Part shown: piece after piece, positions 26,742-35,660 of the stretch
How positions within the stretch are numbered: the stretch's first letter is position 1
Layout of the letters: the number at the start of each line of letters is the position of its first letter
Origin: Acidimicrobiia bacterium
GTDB lineage: Bacteria; Actinomycetota; Acidimicrobiia; Spongiisociales; ZC4RG35
Assembly (NCBI GenBank): GCA_049578105.1
Contig: JBAULI010000017.1
Coordinates: 3 to 64,002 of the forward strand
Direction: 5' to 3'
Length of the DNA: 64,000 nucleotides
Position numbers and translations under genes: made by a program
The notes under the pieces: generated by a model
Seen by the model: the letters and a program-made list of their open reading frames with translations, nothing else
Told to the model about the DNA's origin: nothing
Database searches by the model: none

Positions 26742-28292
26742 GTGGATGCCGAGACGATTCATCGCAGACGCTGGGTGACCTTGGGTGTGCTTTCACTCAG
26801 CCTGGTCATCATCGGTCTGGACAACACGATCCTCAACGTCGCCCTACCGACGCTGGTGCGCGAACTGAATGCAACGGGCAGCCAGTTGCAGTGGATGGTG
26901 GATGCCTATGTCCTGGTGTTCGCCGGTTTGCTGCTCACCATGGGAGCGCTCGGCGATCGGTTCGGGCGAAAACTCGCATTGAATGTGGGTCTGGTCATCT
27001 TCGGGGCGGCTTCGATAGGTGCCGCTTTCGCCGACTCGGCCAACATGCTCATCGCGGCGAGGGCGATGATGGGTGTCGGGGGCGCCTTGATCATGCCGTC
27101 GACTCTCTCGATCATCACCAACATCTTCGAAGGCGCCGAGAGAGGACGCGCCATCGCAGCCTGGGCCGCCGTTGCCGGTCTGGGGATCATCGTCGGGCCT
27201 GTGATCGGTGGTTGGCTGCTGGAGAACTTCTGGTGGGGATCGATCTTCCTGATCAATGTCTTCATCGCAATCGTGGCCATCGTGGCGGGGATCGGCTTGG
27301 TCCCCGAGTCGAAGGACCCGGACGCGACACCCCTCGACCCGGTGGGCGCCGTGCTCTCGGTCGCAGGGCTGGTGACGCTGGTCTATGCGATCATCGAGGC
27401 GCCCTCGAAGGGGTGGACGGATGGGCTGGTCCTTGGCGGTTTCGGTCTGGCCGTGGTGCTGATCAGCGTCTTCTTGTGGTGGGAGACACGTGTGGCCCAT
27501 CCGATGTTGCGTCTCGAATTCTTCGAGAACCCCAGGTTCAGTGCTGCCAGTGTGGCGATAACCCTGGTCTTCTTTGCGATGTTCGGGACCGTGTTCCTCC
27601 TCACTCAGTACCTCCAGTTCGTGCTCGGGTTCACTCCGCTCGAAGCCGGGTTCCGAGTGATGCCGGTGGCGACGATGATCGTGGCCGCCCCTCTGTCAGC
27701 GCGATTCACCGAGAGGTTCGGCACCAAGCGGGTGGTGACCACAGGCCTCGTGATCGTGGCCGGCGCAATGACGATCCTGGCGTTGATCAACGTCGACTCG
27801 GGCTATGGCCATGTCGCCTTGGCGATCTCTCTGCTCGGTGCGGGGATGGGAACGGCGATGGCACCGGCGACGGACTCGATAATGGGATCACTGCCGCTGG
27901 CGAAGGCCGGGGTCGGCTCTGCCATGAACGACACCACCCGTCAGATAGGTGGCGCATTGGGTGTTGCCATCCTCGGCAGCGTGCTCGCCTCGTCCTATTC
28001 GTCGTCGATGGCACCCGTCGTGGCCTCGCTGCCACCGCAGGCGGCAGCTCAGGCATCGGACTCCATCGGCGGCGCCGTCGGGGTGGCCGCACAGTTGGGT
28101 GACGCCGGCACCGCCCTCTTACGGGCGGCGATGAGCTCGTTCATCGATGGGATGCAGACGGCTGTCTGGGTTGCTGCTGCGGTTGCACTGCTCGGGGCGA
28201 TCCTGACCTGGCTCTTCTTGCCGGCGCGGCCCAGGGAGACAACGGCCGCCGACACGACCATGGGCGCCGGCGAGGCCCCGGCGCTGGGTTGA
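26742..28292 (+). CDS. MFS transporter, DHA2 (EmrB/QacA-like, 14-TMS) drug:H+ antiporter family
   Basis: …LDNTILNVALPTL…, …GRLGDRFGRK… motif A and 14 predicted TM segments over 516 aa. Confidence 0.85.
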   Translation: MDAETIHRRRWVTLGVLSLSLVIIGLDNTILNVALPTLVRELNATGSQLQWMVDAYVLVFAGLLLTMGALGDRFGRKLALNVGLVIFGAASIGAAFADSANMLIAARAMMGVGGALIMPSTLSIITNIFEGAERGRAIAAWAAVAGLGIIVGPVIGGWLLENFWWGSIFLINVFIAIVAIVAGIGLVPESKDPDATPLDPVGAVLSVAGLVTLVYAIIEAPSKGWTDGLVLGGFGLAVVLISVFLWWETRVAHPMLRLEFFENPRFSAASVAITLVFFAMFGTVFLLTQYLQFVLGFTPLEAGFRVMPVATMIVAAPLSARFTERFGTKRVVTTGLVIVAGAMTILALINVDSGYGHVALAISLLGAGMGTAMAPATDSIMGSLPLAKAGVGSAMNDTTRQIGGALGVAILGSVLASSYSSSMAPVVASLPPQAAAQASDSIGGAVGVAAQLGDAGTALLRAAMSSFIDGMQTAVWVAAAVALLGAILTWLFLPARPRETTAADTTMGAGEAPALG

Positions 28293-28876
28293 TGTCTTCA
28301 CGACGATCACCCGGTCGTCCCAGGGACAGTGCCCTGGATGCCCTCGTGATGGGCTCCGTTCTCGACGTGATCGAGGACGAGGGTCTGCGTGGCTGCAGTA
28401 TCGACGAGGTGGCGGCCCGAGCCGGAGTGAGCAAGGCGAGCATCTACCGACGATGGGACTCCAAGGAAGATCTCGTAATCGACGCCGTGGCTTGTCTGGC
28501 CGACTCGGTGGTCATCCCGTTCAAACGGGAGATCAGAGCGGATCTCATCTCGATCGTGAGCCAGATGGGCTCGTTCATAAATGAGATGCCTGCCGGCTCG
28601 GTGTTCCCCTGGCTGGTAGGCGAGGTGGCCGCCGGCACCAAGATCGGCCGCCGTTATGCCGAGGCGGTGATTGCTCCCAGACGGCGAATGGTGGTCGAAC
28701 TCATAGAGGGCGCCATCGCTCGAGGCGAGCTTCGTTCCGAGCTCGACGTCGAATTGGCGGTCGACATGCTCATCGGGCCGATCCTGGTCAGGAAGTTGAC
28801 AGGCCATTCGCCCCGTGGTGAGGGGGATTGGGCCGAGAGTCTGGTTGGAGGGCTCTTGGACGGGTGGCGTCCGTAG
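28289..28876 (+). CDS. TetR/AcrR family transcriptional regulator
   Basis: N-terminal HTH …GLRGCSIDEVAARAGVSKASIYRRWDSKEDLV…. ATGA overlap with the MFS gene. Confidence 0.85.
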   Translation: MMSSRRSPGRPRDSALDALVMGSVLDVIEDEGLRGCSIDEVAARAGVSKASIYRRWDSKEDLVIDAVACLADSVVIPFKREIRADLISIVSQMGSFINEMPAGSVFPWLVGEVAAGTKIGRRYAEAVIAPRRRMVVELIEGAIARGELRSELDVELAVDMLIGPILVRKLTGHSPRGEGDWAESLVGGLLDGWRP

Positions 28877-28953
28877 GCGCCCTCTCGTCTTCTCAGGTAT
28901 CTTGTCGACTGTCCGGTGCGAGAGACCAAGACGTTGTGACGGAGGCGCCAAGC

Positions 28954-29553
28954 ATGAGACCATCGATACACACACGGGCCCGTTCGGTGTCGACCGCTGC
29001 AGTGGCTCTCGCATTGATCTGCGCCTCGTGCGGCTCCGGTGGGGAATCGGGGGATACCACACTCACGACAGTGGGGCAGACCGAGACACAGACTTCTAGC
29101 GACTCCACGGAGCCAACCACCACGACCGTTGGCGATGTGTCGGCTTCCGAGATCCCGGACCCCTGTGCGCTGCTCACCCCCGCCGATCTCGAGGCGGCGA
29201 CCGGGCTCACCTTTGGGGAAGGCGTGTTCAACGAGTCCCTCTCGAGCGACAGCCAGTCGATCTGCGACTGGACGTCGTCGGGCTCCGAGTTCGCCACGGC
29301 GCAGGTCTATCTGGCTCCGGATGCCGGTGGCGTCTTCGACACGGCAAAGAACGGTGCGGCAAGTGCGTTCACGCTCGTCGACATCGACGTTCCCGGGGCG
29401 TCGGCGGCATATGCGACCGAGGAAGGAAGCATCTCAGGGATGCAAGTGCCCGGGTTCTACCTCCAGGTGTCTTACATCCCGTCCGGGCCTGGCAATGTCC
29501 TCGATGCAACCACCGAGCTGGCCACCGAGGCCGTGGCAGCCCTGGGGGGCTGA
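28954..29553 (+). CDS. Putative secreted protein / lipoprotein (DUF3558-like)
   Basis: Signal peptide with a Cys-containing end (ALALICASCGSGG), an S/T-rich linker and a DPCALLTPADLEAATG motif reminiscent of DUF3558 lipoproteins. GGAGG RBS before the ATG at 28954. Confidence 0.5.
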   Translation: MRPSIHTRARSVSTAAVALALICASCGSGGESGDTTLTTVGQTETQTSSDSTEPTTTTVGDVSASEIPDPCALLTPADLEAATGLTFGEGVFNESLSSDSQSICDWTSSGSEFATAQVYLAPDAGGVFDTAKNGAASAFTLVDIDVPGASAAYATEEGSISGMQVPGFYLQVSYIPSGPGNVLDATTELATEAVAALGG

Positions 29554-29557
29554 CGAA

Positions 29558-30805
29558 CTAGGGGAGCCTCCTCAGCGCCGCCCGAGCGTGGGCCTCCAGA
29601 CCTTCCATCCGGGCCAGCGTCACGGTGTCCTCCACCATCGTGGCCGGGTCGTCGAGACGCGACCAGGTGGGTGACCGCAGAAAGGTCATGACCGACAACC
29701 CGGATTGGTACCTCGCTCCACCGCCGGTCGGCAGGACATGGTTGGGGCCGACCCCGTAGTCGGCGAACGCTTCCGCACTCCCGGCGCCGATGAACAACGA
29801 CCCATAGGAGCGCAGCCGCATCGCCGTCTCCTCTGCAGGGCCAACGTGCAAGGCGAGGTGCTCGGGGGCCAACCGCTCGGCGATTCCAGTCGCTTCGGCC
29901 AGGTCGGAGACCACGGTGGCAAACCCGTTGCCCAGGGCAGTGGTGGCCGTGGCCGAGGTGGGCAGGTCGCTCAGTTGGTCCCGGATCCGGATGTCCACGG
30001 CATCGGCGAGGGCGGCGCTGGTCGTGACCAGGATCGGAATCGCATCGACGTCGTGTTCGGCCTGGGCCAGCAGGTCGGCAGCCACCAGGTCGGGGTCGGC
30101 GCCATCGTCGGCGATGACCAGGATCTCGCTGGGCCCGGCGAGGCCGTCGATCCCGACTTCGCCGAAGAGGTGCTTCTTGGCAGCCGTCACCCACTTGTTG
30201 CCGGGGCCTACGATCATGTCGCAAGGAGGCGTAACCACTCCAAAGGCGAGCGCGGCGATGGCCTGGGCGCCACCCACGGCCAGAAGCCCGTCGGCACCTG
30301 CAACCGAAGCAGCGGCCAGAGTGGCCGGTGTGGGGCGTGGCGAGGCGACCCAGATCGAGTCGACGCCGGCCACGGCCGCCGGGACGACCGTCATCAAGAC
30401 GGAAGAAGGGAGGGGATGCCGCCCACCGGGGGCATAGGCACCAACTCGACTCACCGGGATCCACCGGTGCCCGGCCCGCCCCCCTTCAACGGGCACATCG
30501 AGCTCTGAGAGGCCACCGAGTTGGGCTCGGGCAAATCGCGCGATGCGGTCCCGGGTCCGATGGAGCGTGGCGAGATGAGCGGAGTCGAGACCCTCCGTCG
30601 CGGCCGCCAGGGATTCGCGGTCATACGTCAGCTCGTCACCCGGCCCGATATCACCCAAAGACTCTCCGTGACGTCGTAGGGCGGTCTCACCACCGGAGCG
30701 AACGCTCTCGACGATGTCGACCGCGGTCTTCATGGCCTCGGCATCGACGGCTGGCCTCGTGTGTCGCTGCACCTCACCAGCTTCGATTCGCTCGAGGAGG
30801 GTCAT
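29558..30805 (-). CDS. hisD: Histidinol dehydrogenase
   Basis: 415 aa with …GPGNKWVTAAKKHLFGEVGIDGLAGPSEILVIADD…AQAEHD… HisD signatures. ATG overlaps the hisA-IE stop (ATGA). Confidence 0.9.
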   Translation of the reverse strand: MTLLERIEAGEVQRHTRPAVDAEAMKTAVDIVESVRSGGETALRRHGESLGDIGPGDELTYDRESLAAATEGLDSAHLATLHRTRDRIARFARAQLGGLSELDVPVEGGRAGHRWIPVSRVGAYAPGGRHPLPSSVLMTVVPAAVAGVDSIWVASPRPTPATLAAASVAGADGLLAVGGAQAIAALAFGVVTPPCDMIVGPGNKWVTAAKKHLFGEVGIDGLAGPSEILVIADDGADPDLVAADLLAQAEHDVDAIPILVTTSAALADAVDIRIRDQLSDLPTSATATTALGNGFATVVSDLAEATGIAERLAPEHLALHVGPAEETAMRLRSYGSLFIGAGSAEAFADYGVGPNHVLPTGGGARYQSGLSVMTFLRSPTWSRLDDPATMVEDTVTLARMEGLEAHARAALRRLP

Positions 30806-32064
30806 GATTCCTTGGGCTTCCTGTCCATCGGTCGGCGTGTCACCCGCAGCTCTCTCCGATCGAGCACTTCTTCGACCGCCTCGAGCGACGAGCCCGCCTC
30901 CGTCAGCTTCACCAGTAGGAAGTAGAGGAGATCGGCCGCCTCCTCTTCCACATCGGCGGGCTCCGTTGCCGCAGCCAGCTCTCCGGCCTCCTCGATCAGC
31001 TTGGCTGCCAGGAGGTCCGGGTCGCGAAGCAGTTTGGCTGTGTTCGATGCCGGTGATGGGCTCGAACCGATCCCGGACAGCCGTCGTTGGAGACGGGTCA
31101 CACCACGATCCTCTCCCCAGCAGGTCCGTGTGCCCGTGTGACAGAAGCCATCGTGCTGATGGACCATGAACCGGAGTGTGTCGCGATCGCAGTCGACGTC
31201 GACTGCCAGCAACTCCTGCACTGCGCCTGAAGTCTCGCCTTTGACCCAGATTCCTCGGGATCTGCTGTGATACACCCCCCTCCGGGTGTCGATGGCATCG
31301 TTGAGGCTCGCCGCATCGGAGAAGGCCATCCCCAAGGCCACCCCACTCTCGTCGATTACGACAGTGGGCCACAGCCCGTCGACGCGGTCGGAGCGCAAGA
31401 TGGCTGACATCGCGTCGCCAAGAGTCAGCTCCCCTGTGTACAGGGCCATGCCGACCTGGGCATCGGCACCGATGCGATCCAGGATCTCCAGCTCTTCGGG
31501 CGTGCTGACGCCCCCGGCGATCGTCACCGGTGTTCGCCCGGCTGCGGCGACGACTTCCGTCGCCCGGATGAGATCTGTCCCGGCCATGTGCCCTTCGTGC
31601 TCCACGAATGTGACGAGGAAGCCGCCGCACAGGTCTTTCAACTCCTCGACACGCTCCAACAGACCAGACTCGGTCGTGCGCCGCCAGCCATGGCTGAGAA
31701 CCCTCCCCCCTCGGGAATCGAGAGCCACGATGACCCTCTCCTTGGGCAGTTGCCTCAACAGCTCCGGGGTGGCGGCCGTCCCGATGATGATCTTCGAAGC
31801 CCCGCGGTCGAGCCATCTCAGGCATGCCTCGATATCGCGGATACCACCACCGACTCTGATCCTCGCCCGATGGCACAACTCGGATATCAGCGCCTCATTG
31901 TCGCCCTCGCCCCGAGCGGCATCGATGTCGATCACCGCCACCTCGCCCACGACCGAGAAATTGTCGAGGAGAGGGCGTGGGTCGCCGGCATCCAGCACCT
32001 CGGTCTCACCCTCTATCAATTGGAGAGCCCGGCCGGCGGATATGTCGATCGAAGGGACTATCAC
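30802..32064 (-). CDS. hisA-hisIE: Tri-domain fusion: HisA/PriA-like ProFAR isomerase, HisI PR-AMP cyclohydrolase and HisE PR-ATP pyrophosphatase
   Basis: N-terminal about 240 aa (beta/alpha)8 HisA (MIVPSIDISAGRALQLIEGE…VGGGIRD…AGGVSTPEELE…). Middle HisI (…GIWVKGETSGAVQELLAVDVDCDRDTLRFMVHQHDGFCHTGTRTCW…). C-terminal HisE (…LLAAKLIEEAGELAAATEP…EEAADLLYFLLVKL…). One continuous frame of 420 aa. Confidence 0.8.
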   Translation of the reverse strand: MIVPSIDISAGRALQLIEGETEVLDAGDPRPLLDNFSVVGEVAVIDIDAARGEGDNEALISELCHRARIRVGGGIRDIEACLRWLDRGASKIIIGTAATPELLRQLPKERVIVALDSRGGRVLSHGWRRTTESGLLERVEELKDLCGGFLVTFVEHEGHMAGTDLIRATEVVAAAGRTPVTIAGGVSTPEELEILDRIGADAQVGMALYTGELTLGDAMSAILRSDRVDGLWPTVVIDESGVALGMAFSDAASLNDAIDTRRGVYHSRSRGIWVKGETSGAVQELLAVDVDCDRDTLRFMVHQHDGFCHTGTRTCWGEDRGVTRLQRRLSGIGSSPSPASNTAKLLRDPDLLAAKLIEEAGELAAATEPADVEEEAADLLYFLLVKLTEAGSSLEAVEEVLDRRELRVTRRPMDRKPKES

Positions 32065-32816
32065 GGTCGAACCTCGAAGCCGGCATCAGCAAGCGCGGCT
32101 TTCAGGTCAGCCACCGTCGTGTCGCCGTCATGGAGGATCGAGGCGACCAACACCGCCGAGGCACCGGCACGAACGGCCTCGATCAGATGCTCGGCGTTGT
32201 CTGCTCCCCCCGACGCGATCACCGCCACCGGCACCGAATCGCTCACACGAGTCAGGAGGTCGGTGTCGTAGCCGGTTCTGGTCCCATCGCGGTCCCAGCT
32301 CGTGAGGAGGATCTCCCCGGCGCCGAAGTCGGCAGCGGTCCGGCACCACTCGACCACGTCGATGCCGGTCCGGGTCGCCCCGCTCTCTATCACGACCTCC
32401 CAGCTGGTTTCGTTGGAGGCCGCATCCACGGCCAGGACGGTGCACTGGGCCCCGAAGCGAGTGGCGATTTGCTCGATGAGGTTCGGGTCACGGACGGCGG
32501 CGGTGTTGACACCGACCTTGTCGGCTCCGGCTTCGAGAAGCCGGCCGGCATCGTCCGTCGAGCGCACGCCTCCGCCGACGGTGAGGGGGATGGAGAGCTC
32601 GGCGCGCACCCTCTCCACGGTCTCGATTGCGTGTGAGCGGCCCTCCGGGGTGGCCGAGACGTCGAGAAGCACGATCTCGTCGCCACCCTGGCCCTGGTAG
32701 AGGGCGGCGGCTTCCACGGGATCACCGGCGTCGCGCAGGTCCTGGAAGCGAACACCCTTCACCACCCTTCCGTCCTTGATGTCGAGACAGGGGATCACCC
32801 GGGTTGCCAGGGTCAC
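32061..32816 (-). CDS. hisF: Imidazole glycerol phosphate synthase, cyclase subunit
   Basis: GTG start giving VTLATRVIPCLDIKDGRVVKGVRF… as in canonical HisF. The start overlaps the hisH stop (GTGA) and the stop overlaps the hisA-IE start. Confidence 0.9.
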   Translation of the reverse strand: MTLATRVIPCLDIKDGRVVKGVRFQDLRDAGDPVEAAALYQGQGGDEIVLLDVSATPEGRSHAIETVERVRAELSIPLTVGGGVRSTDDAGRLLEAGADKVGVNTAAVRDPNLIEQIATRFGAQCTVLAVDAASNETSWEVVIESGATRTGIDVVEWCRTAADFGAGEILLTSWDRDGTRTGYDTDLLTRVSDSVPVAVIASGGADNAEHLIEAVRAGASAVLVASILHDGDTTVADLKAALADAGFEVRP

Positions 32817-33409
32817 GATGCCCTCAGCCAGCGATCGATGATCGACACCCCCCAGTCGCCTGAGAGCTCGGGGTGGAATTGCAGGGCGAGCACCGATTGG
32901 CGCTCGATCGCGGCGATGAATCGCCCGCCATGGTCCGCCGTCGACGAGACCCATCCCCTCGGGGCATCCACGAGTCGGTAGGAGTTGGCGAAGTAGGCCC
33001 AGCCCGGCTCCAGGTAGCGCGAGCTGGGGTTGGCCTCGACCGTGTTCCACCCGAGCTGGGGAACCCTCACGTTGTCGCCGAATCGAGTGACGCTCTCATC
33101 GAGGAGACCGAGACCCAAGACACCGGGGCTCTCCGTGCTGTCCCGGCACAGCAGCTGCATCCCGACACACACGGCGAGGGTAGGGGAGCCGGCCCGGGCC
33201 CGATCGAGGATGGGCTGGCTCAGTTGGAGTCTGTCGACCGCCGTCATCGCCGCACCGAAGGAGCCGACACCAGGCACGACCAAGTGATCGGCGTCGGACA
33301 CATCGCAAGGCGATCGCGCGAGACGGGTGGTTGACCCCAGACGGCGAAATGCGGAGCGGACACTGGCAATGTTGGCCGTGCCGGTGGGCACGATGACCAC
33401 CTCTGTCAT
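32813..33409 (-). CDS. hisH: Imidazole glycerol phosphate synthase, glutamine amidotransferase subunit
   Basis: Class I GATase: …LVVPGVGSFG…, catalytic Cys in LAVCVGMQLL, …LQFHPE…. Confidence 0.9.
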   Translation of the reverse strand: MTEVVIVPTGTANIASVRSAFRRLGSTTRLARSPCDVSDADHLVVPGVGSFGAAMTAVDRLQLSQPILDRARAGSPTLAVCVGMQLLCRDSTESPGVLGLGLLDESVTRFGDNVRVPQLGWNTVEANPSSRYLEPGWAYFANSYRLVDAPRGWVSSTADHGGRFIAAIERQSVLALQFHPELSGDWGVSIIDRWLRAS

Positions 33410-33990
33410 CCCAGGCTTCCCTTGGTGCTCGGCACTCCGGAGCCGTTTGGCCTCACCGCCATGCGTAGGGCGAGGGCCAGGGCCTTGAAGCTCGCCTCGG
33501 CCCTGTGGTGGTCGTTGTCACCACGCAGCACGTCGACATGGAGCGCCAGCTTCCCCTCCATGGCCAGCGATCGAAGGAAGTGGGTCAGGTTCTCGGTCGC
33601 CACCTCGCCGACCGAGGGGCGAGCGAAGGGGATAGAGATCTGCGGCCAGGGTCGGCCGGAGAGGTCGACTACCGCACGTGCCAGTGATTCGTCCAGTGGT
33701 GCATATGCGTAACCAAATCGCTCGATGCCCGATCGATCGCCGAGGGCCCGGTCGAGGGCCCTGCCCAGGGCGATGGCGCAATCCTCGACCGTGTGGTGGT
33801 CATCGACCCGGACATCCCCCGTGGCGTCCAGCTCGAGATCGAAACCGGCGTGTTTGGCCAGGGTGCCCACCATGTGATCGAGGAAGCCCAGCCCCGTCTC
33901 GACTCGGTGAGCCCCACTGCCGTCGAGGTCGAGATGGCACCGGACATCTACTTCACTCGTCTCTCGTCTGACATCTGCGGATCGGGTCAT
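33406..33990 (-). CDS. hisB: Imidazoleglycerol-phosphate dehydratase (monofunctional)
   Basis: …RRETSEVDVRCHLDLDGSG… and …HHTVEDCAIALG… IGPD motifs. 194 aa, with no phosphatase domain. Confidence 0.9.
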   Translation of the reverse strand: MTRSADVRRETSEVDVRCHLDLDGSGAHRVETGLGFLDHMVGTLAKHAGFDLELDATGDVRVDDHHTVEDCAIALGRALDRALGDRSGIERFGYAYAPLDESLARAVVDLSGRPWPQISIPFARPSVGEVATENLTHFLRSLAMEGKLALHVDVLRGDNDHHRAEASFKALALALRMAVRPNGSGVPSTKGSLG

Positions 33991-35660
33991 GGGAGCAACT
34001 CCTCCAGTTCATTGACATGGTCGAGGACGCGGGCTGCGTCTTTCAGTGTCTTGCGGGTCTCGAGCGGATCGTCACCAGGGGCGATCACCCCGATCGGAAC
34101 CACCCCGGCCCGACGGGCGGCGACGATGTCGTCGATGGTGTCGCCGATCATCCACGCCCGGGAGACTCCGAGCAGACTGAGCGCCTTGGAGAGGGGGGCG
34201 GGCTCCGGCTTCAGAGGTCCGTCCTCGCGGGTCACCAGGGCATCCAAGGTCTCGAGTAGGCCAAAGCGATCGAGGAACTCTTCGGCGTCCGAGCGAGGGC
34301 GACCGGTCACCACGGCCAGGGGCAGGGCGCTCCGCCAGCGTCGCCATCGGGCCGGCTCGACGAGGAGGGACTCTTCTGCCTTCAAACCGGGACGGCCGTT
34401 CTCCCCCTGATATCGCCTCTCATATGAAGCCGTGACCTCATCCAGGCTGACGTCGATTCCCTGATCTGTGATCAGCCGATGTGTGAGGGCCCAGTCGTCG
34501 TTGGCGTGGCCGGCCGCCTTCATCACCGCGACATGCTCTGTCGTCGCTTCGACGCCGAAATCCAATGCGGTTTCGACGATCGCCCGCGTCTGTGATTTGC
34601 TGACGTCCGCCAACACGCCATCGAGGTCGAAAAGCAGAGCTTGGGGCGCCATGGCGACCTCCAGCGTGCTGAGCAGACGATCGAATCTCGCCCGATGCCC
34701 GGGCAAGGTGATGCGGATCGATTGCTCCAGACCTTCACGCCCGGGAAAGGTGCGCAGGGCCACACCGAGCGACGCGGCCGCATCGGCCACCCATGGTGTC
34801 GAAGGTGTCCTTGCCAGGATGAAGTTCGCTTGTGATCCCAGGACTTCTGCACCCAGAGTGGTGAGACGCGAGGTGAGGTCGCTCCTCTCCTGCCGCACCT
34901 CGTCCACGATGCGGGTCAGCTCGACTCTCGGCCGTCGAAGACGAGCCGAAGCGATGCCGGCCGACAGAGCTGACACGGAATACGGGCTCCCGTAGGCGGC
35001 GACGGTCGAGACGAGCGGGACCGCGCCGAGGAGATACCCGACCCGGAGTCCCGCCAGCCCGTAGGCCTTGGACAGGGTCCTCACCACCACCACGTTCTCC
35101 AGCCCGAGCGCCGTGGGCGTCAGATCGAGGTCGGCGAACTCGGCGTAGGCGGCGTCCAGGACGAGGAGGGGAACCCGGGCGGCGAGCTGAACCAGGTCGT
35201 CCGCCGTGGCCACCTGGCCCGTGGGATTGTTCGGTGAGACCACGAAGACGGCGTCGGTGTCGTCGGTCACCAGACCCAACAACGCTTCCAGAGGGAAAGC
35301 ACCATCCCACCATTGAGCCTGCGACAGCCTTGCCCCACGCTGTTCGGCATATCTGGAGATCATCTCGAACGTGGGGTAGGTGCTGAGAACCTCGCCACCT
35401 TCTCGAATGAAGGCCAGAAAGCACCTGAGCAGGGCGTCGTCACCGCCTGCAGTCACCAGGACCCGGCCGGGCTCGAGCCCGTGGAGGGCCGCTATCTGCT
35501 CGCGAAGTGTGCCGGTGTCCGGGTACCTCTGGACGAGACGGGCGGGGTCGTCGAGCGAGGCGATCAGGTCTTCTGCCGGGGAGGTCCCCTCGTTTCGGGA
35601 CAGGTCGAGGTCGATCTGAGCGTCGAAGGCCGGTGTTTCGTAGGCAGATACGTCCCTCAT
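33987..35660 (-). CDS. hisC: Histidinol-phosphate aminotransferase fused to a C-terminal HAD-superfamily phosphatase domain (candidate histidinol-phosphatase)
   Basis: N-terminal about 350-aa class-II aminotransferase (…VVSPNNPTG…, PLP Lys in LSKAYGLAGLRVGY) runs in frame into a HAD domain with all four motifs: LLFDLDGVLAD (I), LAVVTGRP (II), K in LKPEP (III), GDTIDD (IV). The start ATG overlaps the hisG stop. Confidence 0.8.
   Translation of the reverse strand: MRDVSAYETPAFDAQIDLDLSRNEGTSPAEDLIASLDDPARLVQRYPDTGTLREQIAALHGLEPGRVLVTAGGDDALLRCFLAFIREGGEVLSTYPTFEMISRYAEQRGARLSQAQWWDGAFPLEALLGLVTDDTDAVFVVSPNNPTGQVATADDLVQLAARVPLLVLDAAYAEFADLDLTPTALGLENVVVVRTLSKAYGLAGLRVGYLLGAVPLVSTVAAYGSPYSVSALSAGIASARLRRPRVELTRIVDEVRQERSDLTSRLTTLGAEVLGSQANFILARTPSTPWVADAAASLGVALRTFPGREGLEQSIRITLPGHRARFDRLLSTLEVAMAPQALLFDLDGVLADVSKSQTRAIVETALDFGVEATTEHVAVMKAAGHANDDWALTHRLITDQGIDVSLDEVTASYERRYQGENGRPGLKAEESLLVEPARWRRWRSALPLAVVTGRPRSDAEEFLDRFGLLETLDALVTREDGPLKPEPAPLSKALSLLGVSRAWMIGDTIDDIVAARRAGVVPIGVIAPGDDPLETRKTLKDAARVLDHVNELEELLP

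Noticed and set aside
26669-28102. 477-aa plus-strand ORF overlapping the MFS transporter in another frame
   Set aside because: Gly/Arg/Cys-rich out-of-frame artefact. The MFS frame has clear TM periodicity and transporter motifs.
29558-31876. 772-aa minus-strand ORF in the track spanning hisD and beyond
   Set aside because: Only the last 415 codons (from the ATG at 30805) are HisD. The upstream part is an Arg/Gly-rich out-of-frame read-through across the real hisA-hisIE gene, which sits in another frame.
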